Positions 7,032 to 16,168 of a stretch of 37,464 nucleotides of DNA are shown here, one piece after another; the stretch's first letter is position 1; every line of letters begins with the position of its first letter. The stretch is taken from positions 1 to 37,464 of the IMG/VR virus record IMGVR_UViG_3300037851_000662, one strand, 5' to 3'. Source of the stretch: a virus (lineage: Duplodnaviria; Caudoviricetes). The notes beneath the pieces are model-generated. The model saw only the letters and a program-made list of their open reading frames with translations, made no database searches and was not told where the DNA came from. The translations under genes were made by a program, and so were the position numbers.

Positions 7032-8861
7032 TTAATCATACAGCCTCGCTCTCTGCCGGGCGGCGTTGGCCCGCTGCCGGGCATCCAGCTCGCGGGATAC
7101 GGTCTTGGCGATATCCTCGCCGCTTTGCCCTGGGGCTGCGTTGATGGTGATTGGCGCATTGACCGTCGAGACCGACGATCCGCTGTTCGCGGGCGGCGGC
7201 AACGCGTCCGCCGCCAGCGGAGTTGTTGAAAGAGCCACCGCAGTTGCCGCGCCGGCCACAGCCTCTTTGGCACCCATTCCGAAAAACCGGCCAACCGCCT
7301 TGATTTTTTCCCATGCGGCTCCAATAAATTCCAGTGTTGGCTTCCACGCCTGCATCACCAGCCCAAGCGGAGTCCACGCAAACATCTTCTTCAAGAACTC
7401 CCAGACGACACCTGCGCCGGTTTTAATTGCACCCCAGACCCGATCCCAGTTCTTCACCAGAGCGCCAATCGCCAACCCGACAGCAATAATTCCGGCAATA
7501 ATCCATGTCACCGGATTGGCCAGCAGCGCGGCATTCAGCGCCCACTGCGCGGCCGTCCAAATCATTGTTCCGGCGGCCACCCCGACAATCGCGGCGGTCA
7601 CGCCGCCGATCACCCAGCCAAGCGGAGGAAACTTCTCAATCGCCCAGGCAATCCCTCCAAAAAGCATCCCGATCGGTTTCAGCACAAGATTCAGCCCCGG
7701 AAGAACCGACCCCGCGAGCACATTGCCGATCATCTTCAAATTCTGCCCGAACATCGTCATCTGCCCGGACGAAGAGTTCAAAAACCGTGCATACTCATCG
7801 TTAACCAGATTCGATCCGGCAGCGTCGCCAACCTCGGCATACGCCTTTTTCAAATCGTCCAGCTGATTAAGCAGCGGAACAACGCCGCGCTTGCCTTCGT
7901 CACCAAAAAGCTTCTGCAGAAGGTCTCCGCGCTCATCAATATCCAACCCATCAAGAGACTCTTTCATTCCCTCCATCGTCGCAATAAAGTCGAGAGAGCC
8001 GTCCGTCCCGCGAATCATTTCAAAGCCAAGTTCGTCGGCGGCCTTGGTCATATTTCGCAGAACGCCATTAAAGGCCGTGCCGGCCATCGACCCTTGCAAA
8101 CCGGCGGTGTTGAGCTGGCCGATCACCGCCGCTCCCTGTTCAAGAGGAACCTTCGCCCCGGCCATTCCGGCGGCCGCATACTTCATCGACTCGCCGAGCT
8201 GATTAAAGTCGCGAATCTGAAACTTGAATTGCGTCTTTGTCAGAACATTACCGATACGCTGCATTTTTTCCTCGGTCGAGCCAACCATGTCCCTGCCGAG
8301 GTTGTTTAACGTGGTAACAAAAACCTCGCCAACCTGCCCGGACTCGCCGCGCATTACCTTTGCCGCCTTGTGTATAAATTCAGTACCGGCCCGCGAAGCG
8401 GCGGCATCCAGTCCGCCGGAATTCAGCGCATATTCGATGTCGAGCACTTCGCTCTCTGTCGCCAGCGACCGGCGGGCAAAACTGCGGGCGTGGCTAAGGG
8501 ATGCCCCCACCGCGGCATCCCGGTCCGGAGCGTTGACAACCGTGCCAAGATAAACGCCTTGTTCCTCGATGGCGGCAGCGGCCTTGATCATCCGGCTTGC
8601 GCCATAAATTGCCGCGCCCGAGGCGATCCAGCGCCCCCGGCTTTCACTCAGCTGCTGGTTCAGCTCCTGCTGCCGGGTCTTCAGCCGGGCAATCTGCTCT
8701 TCCGACCGTCTCATCACGGGGGAGAGCTGCACGTGCTGCTTAATGGACGCGCCGATCTCCCGAGCATAATCCCTGAACGACTTCTGAACAGCCGCCATCA
8801 CTTGCTGATGCGAGCCCAGCAGCGCCGCACCGATTGTGATTTTTACATTCAGATCGCTCAC
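7032..8861 (-). CDS. Tail tape measure protein (TP901 family)
   Basis: LGESMKYAA, GLQGSMAGTA, KLFGDE, LLANPVTWI..NWD; position after the chaperones. Confidence 0.93.
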   Translation of the reverse strand: MSDLNVKITIGAALLGSHQQVMAAVQKSFRDYAREIGASIKQHVQLSPVMRRSEEQIARLKTRQQELNQQLSESRGRWIASGAAIYGASRMIKAAAAIEEQGVYLGTVVNAPDRDAAVGASLSHARSFARRSLATESEVLDIEYALNSGGLDAAASRAGTEFIHKAAKVMRGESGQVGEVFVTTLNNLGRDMVGSTEEKMQRIGNVLTKTQFKFQIRDFNQLGESMKYAAAGMAGAKVPLEQGAAVIGQLNTAGLQGSMAGTAFNGVLRNMTKAADELGFEMIRGTDGSLDFIATMEGMKESLDGLDIDERGDLLQKLFGDEGKRGVVPLLNQLDDLKKAYAEVGDAAGSNLVNDEYARFLNSSSGQMTMFGQNLKMIGNVLAGSVLPGLNLVLKPIGMLFGGIAWAIEKFPPLGWVIGGVTAAIVGVAAGTMIWTAAQWALNAALLANPVTWIIAGIIAVGLAIGALVKNWDRVWGAIKTGAGVVWEFLKKMFAWTPLGLVMQAWKPTLEFIGAAWEKIKAVGRFFGMGAKEAVAGAATAVALSTTPLAADALPPPANSGSSVSTVNAPITINAAPGQSGEDIAKTVSRELDARQRANAARQRARLYD

Positions 8862-8864
8862 AGA

Positions 8865-9014
8865 TTAACCTTTCGGCTGAACATCCTTCACCGCGCTGAG
8901 CCAGTCCATCAGCTCCTGGCCGTCCATCTCCAGCAGCTCACTCAGCGGCCACCCGGTGTGGCTCGCCAGAATCACACAGGCTTTCCGGGCGTCGCCGGGC
9001 GCAAGGATAAAAAA
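8865..9014 (-). CDS. GpE'-like extension reached by programmed -1 frameshift
   Basis: Slippery GAT TTT TTA (T6, 9009-9014); -1 frame reads FILAPGDARKACVILASHTGWPLSELLEMDGQELMDWLSAVKDVQPKG*. Confidence 0.85.
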   Translation of the reverse strand, partial: FFILAPGDARKACVILASHTGWPLSELLEMDGQELMDWLSAVKDVQPKG

Positions 9015-9247
9015 TCGCGATAAGTCTCCTGCAGCGTCAGATAGTCGGCCATATCCAGCTCCTGCATGTCGTCGGGGGAAATGCCAACCAGCGAGGCAAA
9101 CAGGGCGAGCTCTTTTTCGGCATCGCTGGCCTTCGGCCGGTCGCTCAGCATCATGTCCCGGACCTTCGGCCGGCGCATGAGCAGCTCGCTCGTTTCTCGG
9201 CCGTCAACTTTAATAGGGAACCGCAGTGTAATTTTAACAGGAGTCAT
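8972..9247 (-). CDS. Tail assembly chaperone (P2 gpE/gp41 family)
   Basis: ITLRFPI...LMRRPKVRD...LFASL...ELDMADY..LQ. Confidence 0.9.
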   Translation of the reverse strand: MTPVKITLRFPIKVDGRETSELLMRRPKVRDMMLSDRPKASDAEKELALFASLVGISPDDMQELDMADYLTLQETYRDFLSLRPATPGKPV

Positions 9248-9328
9248 GGTGTCCTTTCGGTGTCGTTTAATCGTCGTTTAAATGGCGGGCAGTTTAAAGA
9301 GATGCCCGGCTCCGGCGTGGCGGTCCTT

Positions 9329-9370
9329 CGGTTCAAGCTCAAAGCCTGAGGTCTGAAGCCTGAGGTCTAA
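9329..9370. repeat. Heptamer array (AGCCTGA/GGTCTGA family)
   Basis: AGCTCAA AGCCTGA GGTCTGA AGCCTGA GGTCTAA. Confidence 0.75.
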
Positions 9371-9374
9371 ATCA

Positions 9375-9947
9375 TCATCCGATCTTCGTGGCTGCGAACT
9401 GGGCGAGGGCGCTCACCAGGGCGCGGGCCGTTCCGGCGTCGCCGCCTTCAAGGATCGCCCGGTGCGCAATCATCTGGTCCACGCCACCGATCGTATAGAC
9501 GTTGTTCTGCACGTCCACCAGGTGAACGATCTCGTCGTCAACCTTCAGCTCATAGAAGTTCACCGCCATCGTGAACTTGGTTTCGCTCTTCTCGCCCGGC
9601 TTCATCGTGCCAAGGTCGGCCTCCGTGATCTTCCCGCGCAAGGTGATGACAATCGAGCCGACGTTCCCCTGTTCGTCGTCAATCACGCCGCGCATTTGGA
9701 CGTTGACAGCGTGGTGCGCCTGCAGGCCGGCCAGCTTGAGCAGGTGTTTATCCGCCTCGGCCAGTGTGAAGCTGGCGGACAGCTTTTCATAGCCCATCGT
9801 GTATTCGACCGGGCCGCCCATTCCGCCGCCGCGGTATTCCTCGGTTTTTGAGGTCAGTTTGGGCGGGGTCAACTCGGTCACCTTGCCCATATAGGTGCGC
9901 GCGTCCGCAAACAGGTTGATGTTCTTCAGCATTCTCGGCAGTGCCAT
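9375..9947 (-). CDS. Major tail tube protein (P2 FII-like)
   Basis: MALPRMLKNINLF...PKLT.KTEEYRGGGM.GPV...GVDQ. Confidence 0.95.
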   Translation of the reverse strand: MALPRMLKNINLFADARTYMGKVTELTPPKLTSKTEEYRGGGMGGPVEYTMGYEKLSASFTLAEADKHLLKLAGLQAHHAVNVQMRGVIDDEQGNVGSIVITLRGKITEADLGTMKPGEKSETKFTMAVNFYELKVDDEIVHLVDVQNNVYTIGGVDQMIAHRAILEGGDAGTARALVSALAQFAATKIG

Positions 9948-9960
9948 AATGATTCTCCCT

Positions 9961-9994
9961 TTTCAGGTTTCAAGTTTCAGGGTTCAGCTTTCGC
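9961..9994. repeat. Heptamer array (TTTCARG family)
   Basis: TTTCAGG TTTCAAG TTTCAGG GTTCAGC. Confidence 0.85.
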
Positions 9995-11173
9995 TTAGAC
10001 GATCGATTCCAGATAGTCCGTGTTCAGGTTGTACCGGAAGGTCACCTTCGTGGCCGTCGGATGGTCGATGAAGTCGAAGCTGAAAACCGCGTTGCCGAGG
10101 TTTATATCGGCCGCCTCGTTCAGATCCAGGTCAACCCAGCAGTCGCCGCCGGCAATAATATTGCGCGCCTTCAGGTTGCGCAGAAACGCCTTCACCCCGT
10201 CGGTCACATCTTCGAAATAGCGCTTCGTGATCGGCCGGTCGACCGCCCACAGGTGTGCAGCCTGAATGCTGTCCGCAATAATATCGGAAATACGGACTCG
10301 GGTGATCTGGAGCCACAGGTTGTCCGTTTTCTGCGCGGTCCACGATCCCCACAGCCGGAAGCCATCCTCGCGGATGATCGTGTTCACGTGGAAGCCGGCC
10401 AGAATATCCGCCTCGCAGGCGGCATCGCCCAGGGCGAAATCAATCGGCCGGCTGGTCCCGGAAATCACCGCGCCGAGCTGGCCCGACCAGTTGCTGGGGC
10501 TCCAGTGGTACCCGCGGCCGTCGGCATTGTCATTTTTACTGAACAGCGCGGCAACGACCGGAGAAACCGGCTGTTCATCACCCGCCAGGTCCTTCACCCA
10601 GGGATCAATCATGAATCCTCGCTTGCTGCCAACCAGCCCCAGGGCGGTGTTCGCTGCGGCCGCGTCGTCGTTCGGGCCGTCCAGGATCGCAATCGCCCGC
10701 AGGCGCTCAGCGATCGCACACAGGGCGGTCGCCAGCGGCGCCGCCGTGATGGCCCCATCGACAATCGTGTATCCGTCGGCTCGCGGGCAGCAGAGAATTC
10801 GGGGCTGAAGGCCGGTCACCGCCTTGGCGTTGAGCAGCGCATAAATTCCGGTGCGCTGTGTCGCATCGCCCAGGGCGGAGGCCAGCGTGTCCGCGGCATA
10901 ACGGGTAACGATGATCACCGGGTTAATCAACCCGCAGATCATATTGACGGCATCAAGGGCGTTGCCTCCGTCCTCGGCCCCGGCCGGGTAGATTGCGGCG
11001 CGCAGCGCGGCCGGGCTCCCGTAAAACGCCACCGGGGTGTCCAGCGGAAGCACGTCGGCATCGGCGTCCGGCGCGTACACAGCCAGGCCGATAATGCTGG
11101 ACCGGATCGTCGAGATCGGCCGCACGCCGCTATCGACAAGAACAGTTTCAACACCTCTCACAAGGTCACTCAT
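9995..11173 (-). CDS. Tail sheath protein (P2 FI-like)
   Basis: GVETVLVDSGVRPISTI.SSIIG, RTGIYAL, PRIL, GYHWSPSN, GFRLWG, HLWAVDRPI; start 11173 (or 11179) after GAGGAG. Confidence 0.95.
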   Translation of the reverse strand: MSDLVRGVETVLVDSGVRPISTIRSSIIGLAVYAPDADADVLPLDTPVAFYGSPAALRAAIYPAGAEDGGNALDAVNMICGLINPVIIVTRYAADTLASALGDATQRTGIYALLNAKAVTGLQPRILCCPRADGYTIVDGAITAAPLATALCAIAERLRAIAILDGPNDDAAAANTALGLVGSKRGFMIDPWVKDLAGDEQPVSPVVAALFSKNDNADGRGYHWSPSNWSGQLGAVISGTSRPIDFALGDAACEADILAGFHVNTIIREDGFRLWGSWTAQKTDNLWLQITRVRISDIIADSIQAAHLWAVDRPITKRYFEDVTDGVKAFLRNLKARNIIAGGDCWVDLDLNEAADINLGNAVFSFDFIDHPTATKVTFRYNLNTDYLESIV

Positions 11174-11435
11174 GGTCATCTCCTCTTATTGCGGCCGGTG
11201 CTTCCGGCACATTTGTTTCTTCAGCGGCCGCGCGGCCTCTGCCTCTTCGTCTTTGCTCGGGCTGGCCCTGTGCCTGCCCCTTATCATCCGAGCCACTCGC
11301 CACTTGACACTCGACACACGTCACTTTCCCCTGCGCCTCAAGCCACTTCACTCCGCCGCCCTCAACCTCCAGCGTGTCGCCAGGCATCAACCGGCGGCCT
11401 TTGTGCCAGCACTCTTTTTTGACAACGAATTTCAC
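11166..11435 (-). CDS. Small hypothetical protein; C-terminal half encoded by repeat-like DNA
   Basis: AAGGAGG RBS, GTG start; between gpV and sheath; contains heptamers 11292-11326 and a REP-like hairpin 11258-11280. Confidence 0.7.
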   Translation of the reverse strand: MKFVVKKECWHKGRRLMPGDTLEVEGGGVKWLEAQGKVTCVECQVASGSDDKGQAQGQPEQRRRGRGRAAAEETNVPEAPAAIRGDDHE

Positions 11436-11444
11436 AAATCCTCC

Positions 11445-12092
11445 TTAGAATTGGTTTCCACCCGGCACCAGCGCCGTCCCAAGCACCGTGGCCGCCTGCA
11501 GCGTTGTCGCTCCAGTTACCTCCAGCACTCCTGTGATTTTCACCGCGCCGGTCAGATTGATGTTCGGCGCGGTCACGGCGGCGGCGACAGCAGCCGTGGC
11601 GCTCAGCGACCCAAGGGTGTCAACCTCCACATCGCCGGCGGCTTCCACCTTAACGCGGCCGCCGGAGACAACCCTCACATTGCCGTCGGCCACAACCGAC
11701 ACCGCCCCTGCGCAGCCGATCGACATCTCATGCGTGTCCAGATCGACCTGCACAAAGGTGCCGTCGGAGTAAACCGTTTTAAAAATCAGCGGATTGGAAG
11801 AGGGGTTCGGATTGGCCGCACTGCCAAGCGAGGCAACAATCACACCCTGTGCCGGGTCGCCGTTGTGGCAAAGCACCAGCACCTGCTCGCCGGCGACCGG
11901 CGCGGCCCAATCTTTGCGACTGCCCATGCGAGGAGACATCCAGGGCAGCTTCGCGGTCGTCAGGTCGCCGATCTTAACGCGCGCGCGGCCGCTCGGCGAG
12001 TCAACGTCAATCACCGTGCCAAACATTATCAGATTGGCAACGCGCCGCTCGACTTCGCGCAGATCGAATTGAGATGGATGGTCTGTCCTCAT
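11445..12092 (-). CDS. Baseplate spike/assembly protein V
   Basis: ERRVANLIMFGTV..VD...ARV..G...T..LPW...W.AP.AGEQVLVL...GD...G. Confidence 0.94.
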   Translation of the reverse strand: MRTDHPSQFDLREVERRVANLIMFGTVIDVDSPSGRARVKIGDLTTAKLPWMSPRMGSRKDWAAPVAGEQVLVLCHNGDPAQGVIVASLGSAANPNPSSNPLIFKTVYSDGTFVQVDLDTHEMSIGCAGAVSVVADGNVRVVSGGRVKVEAAGDVEVDTLGSLSATAAVAAAVTAPNINLTGAVKITGVLEVTGATTLQAATVLGTALVPGGNQF

Positions 12093-12102
12093 GTGTCATG
12101 AG

Positions 12103-12147
12103 AATCAGCCAAAAAGGAAAAGCAAACCGCCCTGAACGGGTTCAGAA
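12103..12147 (-). promoter_or_regulatory. Late promoter of the tail operon (activator box plus -10)
   Basis: TTCTGAACCCGTTCAGGGCG on minus; GATTCT at the same offset as TAGATT in the head promoter. Confidence 0.7.
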
Positions 12148-12148
12148 G

Positions 12149-12724
12149 TTACGCGGCCGGCGGATTCGGGTCGATCGGTTCCAGCCCATCCGATGCGTCA
12201 GACTCGCTGGATAAATAAACCCCCTCCGGGACAACACCGCCCGGCCACGGCAGCCCGTTTGTGTACATCAGGTCCGCGGTGCTCGGGTCCCCCAGCTGGA
12301 TCAGCTGCCGCCAGGCAACGGCATTCAGCGAGACGCCCCGGCCGTTCAACACCGTTGAAATTAGATTCTGCCACGAAACCTGCTTCGGCCTCGCCACGCC
12401 GGCGATATTCGACTGCGTGTTTTTAACAACAACCTGCGCCGCCTCGCTCAGGTTCAGCCCGATAATGTCCCGGTGCTGCTCAGCCGTGACAATGAAGGCC
12501 GAAAACACCGTGTCAGAATACTGCGTATCATCCCCGGCATCAGCGGACGGCTGGGCCGAAATCGCGGCGACAAACACCGCCGGTGATTTAACGCTCATAC
12601 GCTGCAGCGCGTCGGCATCCACCCGGCCCTCATGGATTTCGACCGACGCCCTGGGGAAGGCGGCCTTAAACACCTCAACCCATCGCTCCAGCGTCTGCAC
12701 CCGTTTCAGTTTTTCCAGGGCCAT
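12149..12724 (-). CDS. Mu gp37-like tail terminator/neck protein
   Basis: Position after gpG; VEIHEGR.D...L.R.....PAVFVA...W.NL.S...AVAWRQ. Confidence 0.65.
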   Translation of the reverse strand: MALEKLKRVQTLERWVEVFKAAFPRASVEIHEGRVDADALQRMSVKSPAVFVAAISAQPSADAGDDTQYSDTVFSAFIVTAEQHRDIIGLNLSEAAQVVVKNTQSNIAGVARPKQVSWQNLISTVLNGRGVSLNAVAWRQLIQLGDPSTADLMYTNGLPWPGGVVPEGVYLSSESDASDGLEPIDPNPPAA

Positions 12725-12759
12725 TGTCAGTTCTCCGTTAGCGGTTCTCAGTTATCCGG
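12725..12759. repeat. Heptamer array (TNTCAGT family)
   Basis: TGTCAGT TCTCCGT TAGCGGT TCTCAGT TATCCGG fills the whole gap. Confidence 0.6.
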
Positions 12760-13195
12760 CCAGCTGCTGCTGCCACCACACATTGATCAGCCCGCTGATC
12801 TGCTGCTCGTCTTCGGGACTCAACCCAAGGAACTCGCGCTGCGGAATCCCGCGCCTCGCGTCCCCGAACTGGTGCGTCGCCGCATAAGCCAGATTTGTTC
12901 CAACCTCCACCGAGGCTCCGGACACCAGGTGCACCAGGCTGTCGCGCAGATCGCCCTCCAGCTCCAGGATGCCGCCGCCTTTCTTTTTGCGCTGCTCATA
13001 CGCCGGACTCAGCTCCGGCCACTTCGTTCCATCTGGCGCGGTCTTTGTGGATTTAACCCGCTCCTTCGTCTGGGCCTCCACCAGCGCCCCGATCCCGTCG
13101 AAAAGCGGATTAAAATCCAGATTCAGCAACCGGCTGACCAACAGATCAACCCAGCTGAACCCCTCAGCCCTTACACTGACAGACGCACCGGCCAT
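12752..13195 (-). CDS. Virion morphogenesis protein (Mu gpG family)
   Basis: APDGTKWPELS, ILELEGDLRDS, VGTNLAYAATHQFG, IPQREFLGLS; likely start ATG 13195 (MAGASV). Confidence 0.93.
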   Translation of the reverse strand: MAGASVSVRAEGFSWVDLLVSRLLNLDFNPLFDGIGALVEAQTKERVKSTKTAPDGTKWPELSPAYEQRKKKGGGILELEGDLRDSLVHLVSGASVEVGTNLAYAATHQFGDARRGIPQREFLGLSPEDEQQISGLINVWWQQQLAG

Positions 13196-13223
13196 TTCCT
13201 GCCTCCCCACCCAAACGCCTTCT

Positions 13224-14921
13224 TCACGGGGTAGACACATCAATTCGAATTTCGCCGCGCGTTGTGGCCGGGCAGACAAACTGGGTGTTTGCCTCATAAT
13301 AAATATACGGGAAAATCTGGTTTGGCGTGCTGTACCCGAGAGAAGCTGCTCTGTAGATCAGATCTCCGGTTCCGATGAGAGAGAGAGACACTTCCTTCCC
13401 GGTCAAATCACTGCACTCCCATGCCTCGCCCTCCCTGATCCAGCCGACGGTTGTGAGTGCATTGCTCCCTGCGCATTCCACACCGTTAAATGTGAGAGTG
13501 GAGCTGGTGGCATTTCCGACGTGGATCAAATGCGACCCCTTAATGATCACCCAGCTCGCATCGTTTGTTGCCGCGCCTCCGGCATACATCTCCACCCTGT
13601 TCGCCTCGTTTGTTACAACCACAACAGCCCCGGCGGACAGGTTGGTCAGGGCCAGCTTGTCAGCATTTGAGCCAACAAACCGCGTCCAGATATCCGCCAG
13701 CGCATCCGTCACAGCCGCATTGCTCGGCACGGTGTTCGTGCCGCCGGTGACTGTTGGCGTGACGGAACCGGTATCGAGCTTCGTGGCAAACTGACCTGGG
13801 AAAAACTCAACCCACACGGTTTCCGGCGACCAGCCGTATGTCGGCGGGATCGCGCATCCTTGCGAAGTCACTGCGCTTATGTTCGCGTTCGATGAAACAA
13901 CTTCTCCGCCAAGCTTTATTTCCCAATGGTCGAAATTGAACAGAACAGTATTGGTCCCCGGCGCACCGTACTGGGCATAGCCATCGGTCACGTTGTAAAA
14001 ATCCATACGAATCACATCATTGCTCGTATGCACGCTTATATAGCTGTTCGTGACCGTTCCAAGCAGGCTGTCCCGGATGTTGTTCAACACCACAACCTTT
14101 GTCTCAAGCGCCGTCGTTGCCGCCTGACTTACAACTTGGTCCGTATTAGTGCCCATTGTTTGGACAACCGCTGTTTTATCAAGCTTGGTGTCCACGTCCG
14201 CCGGGGACGCCGCCCCGACAGCCTGCCGAAACGCCTCGGTTTGAGAGACGTACACGAGAGAAGGATTCGGCGAATTGTCACCGTAATCGACCCAATCGGA
14301 CGCCGCTTTGGGCGGGTTTTGCGGTCTTTGTTGTACATGCGAGGTGTGATAAAAGTACCAAGTATCTATCAGGGCTCCATCGGTATAAAACCGTTGAACA
14401 ACGTCCCACCATTCCGAGGTCTCGTCATTATTCGGCTGCACGTAGAACCCAGACACAAACAACCCGCCCTGCGGCTCCGGACCCCATAAAGCCGGTGCGT
14501 TCGTCCCGGACAAAAGCCAATAATTCGTGTTTGCGGCGGCATAACCCGAGTTTGTGACAGTAATGGAGAGCGGAGCCGCCGAAATATTCCCCCCGTCAAG
14601 ATCGAGCTTGGTTAATACCAATTCCGCCGCCGCCACGGCCTGCGTGTAACCCGCGGCCGTCGGTTGCACAGCAGACAGGGCCGCGCTGCTGACGGCGGGA
14701 TAGTTTGCCGGCCGGGCGGCGTTGATTAAATCGACGACGTTCGTGCCATCCACAATCACCGCCAGTGCATCGTTGGTTCTCGCGCACACCTGCGCAAACC
14801 GGGCATCTGGCGTTCCGATAAACTCCGTCCCGCTGTCCGGCGAAAGCCCTCCGACTGCGTGGATGGCCTGCGAGGCCCCGGCCAGCGACAAAACGAGTAG
14901 AACAAGATCAATCCTCTTCAT
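13224..14921 (-). CDS. Signal-peptide-bearing, fibre-like hypothetical protein (565 aa)
   Basis: GGAGGAG RBS before ATG 14921; MKRIDLVLLVLSLAGASQA; three TKLD segments and VVQTMGTNTDQVVSQAATT fibre-like motif. Confidence 0.75.
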   Translation of the reverse strand: MKRIDLVLLVLSLAGASQAIHAVGGLSPDSGTEFIGTPDARFAQVCARTNDALAVIVDGTNVVDLINAARPANYPAVSSAALSAVQPTAAGYTQAVAAAELVLTKLDLDGGNISAAPLSITVTNSGYAAANTNYWLLSGTNAPALWGPEPQGGLFVSGFYVQPNNDETSEWWDVVQRFYTDGALIDTWYFYHTSHVQQRPQNPPKAASDWVDYGDNSPNPSLVYVSQTEAFRQAVGAASPADVDTKLDKTAVVQTMGTNTDQVVSQAATTALETKVVVLNNIRDSLLGTVTNSYISVHTSNDVIRMDFYNVTDGYAQYGAPGTNTVLFNFDHWEIKLGGEVVSSNANISAVTSQGCAIPPTYGWSPETVWVEFFPGQFATKLDTGSVTPTVTGGTNTVPSNAAVTDALADIWTRFVGSNADKLALTNLSAGAVVVVTNEANRVEMYAGGAATNDASWVIIKGSHLIHVGNATSSTLTFNGVECAGSNALTTVGWIREGEAWECSDLTGKEVSLSLIGTGDLIYRAASLGYSTPNQIFPYIYYEANTQFVCPATTRGEIRIDVSTP

Positions 14922-15705
14922 AAAACCACACTCCTCCGTTTGCGTTTGTTTCGACAAAAATCCTGACGCGGCTCAGCGCGGCGGTGTATTCAGCGTCTGT
15001 CGGTTGTACAGCGGACAAGGCCGCGCTGCTGACGGCCGCATATCCCGGCGCTGCGGCGGCGATGGCCTGATAGACCGCCCCGCTCGCAGCGGACCAGGCC
15101 GGATCCAGCTCCGTCTGCACCGCACCGCCAATCGCCGCCCACAACTCATTAGTGGCCGTCCGCCAGTCAGGCAGCGGCAGATACAGACTCGCAATGATCT
15201 CCGTTGTATAAAGCGCCGGATAGGTCAGCGGCCCCGTGAAGCTGTAAAACCGTCCATCCGGGGTCCAGCTGACGGTAATGTTCTGCCGGGCGAGCACCTC
15301 GTGGTGCTCCATCGCCCCGCCAGATCCGCGAAACGTGCGCACAAACCCCCGGTATTCGCCCGGCGGCAGGTTGGCCCCCGCCGGCGGAACAAAAAACTTA
15401 ACAACCCCGGCCGCCGTCTGCACAGTACCCGTGCAGACGATGTACGCCTCTGTATATTTCTGCCCGGTACCCATCACCTCCCAGACAACCGTCTGGCCCG
15501 CGTTGGTTAAAACAACCGGAGAGGACTTGTTGATCGCCCGGTGAGTGTACTCGATGCTCTCCGCCTGGCCGAACGCCAGGCGCATCGGCTCCTTCGAATT
15601 AACATCCCAGGTCTCGCTAAACACCCGGTCAACCGCCTCCGCCCGCATCCAGGCACAAACCAGCAGGATCGCGGCAAGGAACATCTTTAAACACCTCTGC
15701 GTCAT
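14908..15705 (-). CDS. Signal-peptide-bearing hypothetical protein (265 aa)
   Basis: AAGGAGG RBS before ATG 15705; MTQRCLKMFLAAILLVCAWMRAEA; shares a motif with the downstream protein. Confidence 0.75.
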   Translation of the reverse strand: MTQRCLKMFLAAILLVCAWMRAEAVDRVFSETWDVNSKEPMRLAFGQAESIEYTHRAINKSSPVVLTNAGQTVVWEVMGTGQKYTEAYIVCTGTVQTAAGVVKFFVPPAGANLPPGEYRGFVRTFRGSGGAMEHHEVLARQNITVSWTPDGRFYSFTGPLTYPALYTTEIIASLYLPLPDWRTATNELWAAIGGAVQTELDPAWSAASGAVYQAIAAAAPGYAAVSSAALSAVQPTDAEYTAALSRVRIFVETNANGGVWFYEED

Positions 15706-15739
15706 CGTCTCTCCCTCCTTCGGATTCCGCGCCATGCGG

Positions 15740-16168
15740 CTACATCCTCCAGTTTTTAAAATCAGACCGGCCTGCCTCTACATCGCCTTCCTCGCCGGAG
15801 GCCGACGGCTTCTGCACCTCCGGGACCCCCAGATCGGCATCGCCCTTGCCAACGAGCTTCAGCAGCGCCACCGCCTTATCCCGGCGCTCCCGGATAAAAT
15901 CCGAGATCGTCGTCTCGTTGCACAGCAGATAGGCGGCGATGTCGCACACGGCGTTCTTCAGCATCGCCGGGATCGTCGCCAAGGGCATGGCATACCGGGA
16001 ATTCAGCAACACATCGGCCTCAGCCGAGGCATCCTCCAGCGCCGCCCCGATCCGGGCCGCGTCCGGCGCGTCATTCATCCCGTCGTCGTCGCTGTCCACC
16101 CCGGCAATCACCAGCAGCCGGGGCTCCGTCAGACGGCCGAGCAGATCCTCTTGAGTCGCATACGTCAT
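15740..16168 (-). CDS. Mu gp36-like head-tail adaptor (DUF1320)
   Basis: MTYATQEDL, ALEDASAEAD..L..RY.MPL, CDIAAYLL, LLKLVGKG...LG. Confidence 0.92.
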   Translation of the reverse strand: MTYATQEDLLGRLTEPRLLVIAGVDSDDDGMNDAPDAARIGAALEDASAEADVLLNSRYAMPLATIPAMLKNAVCDIAAYLLCNETTISDFIRERRDKAVALLKLVGKGDADLGVPEVQKPSASGEEGDVEAGRSDFKNWRM

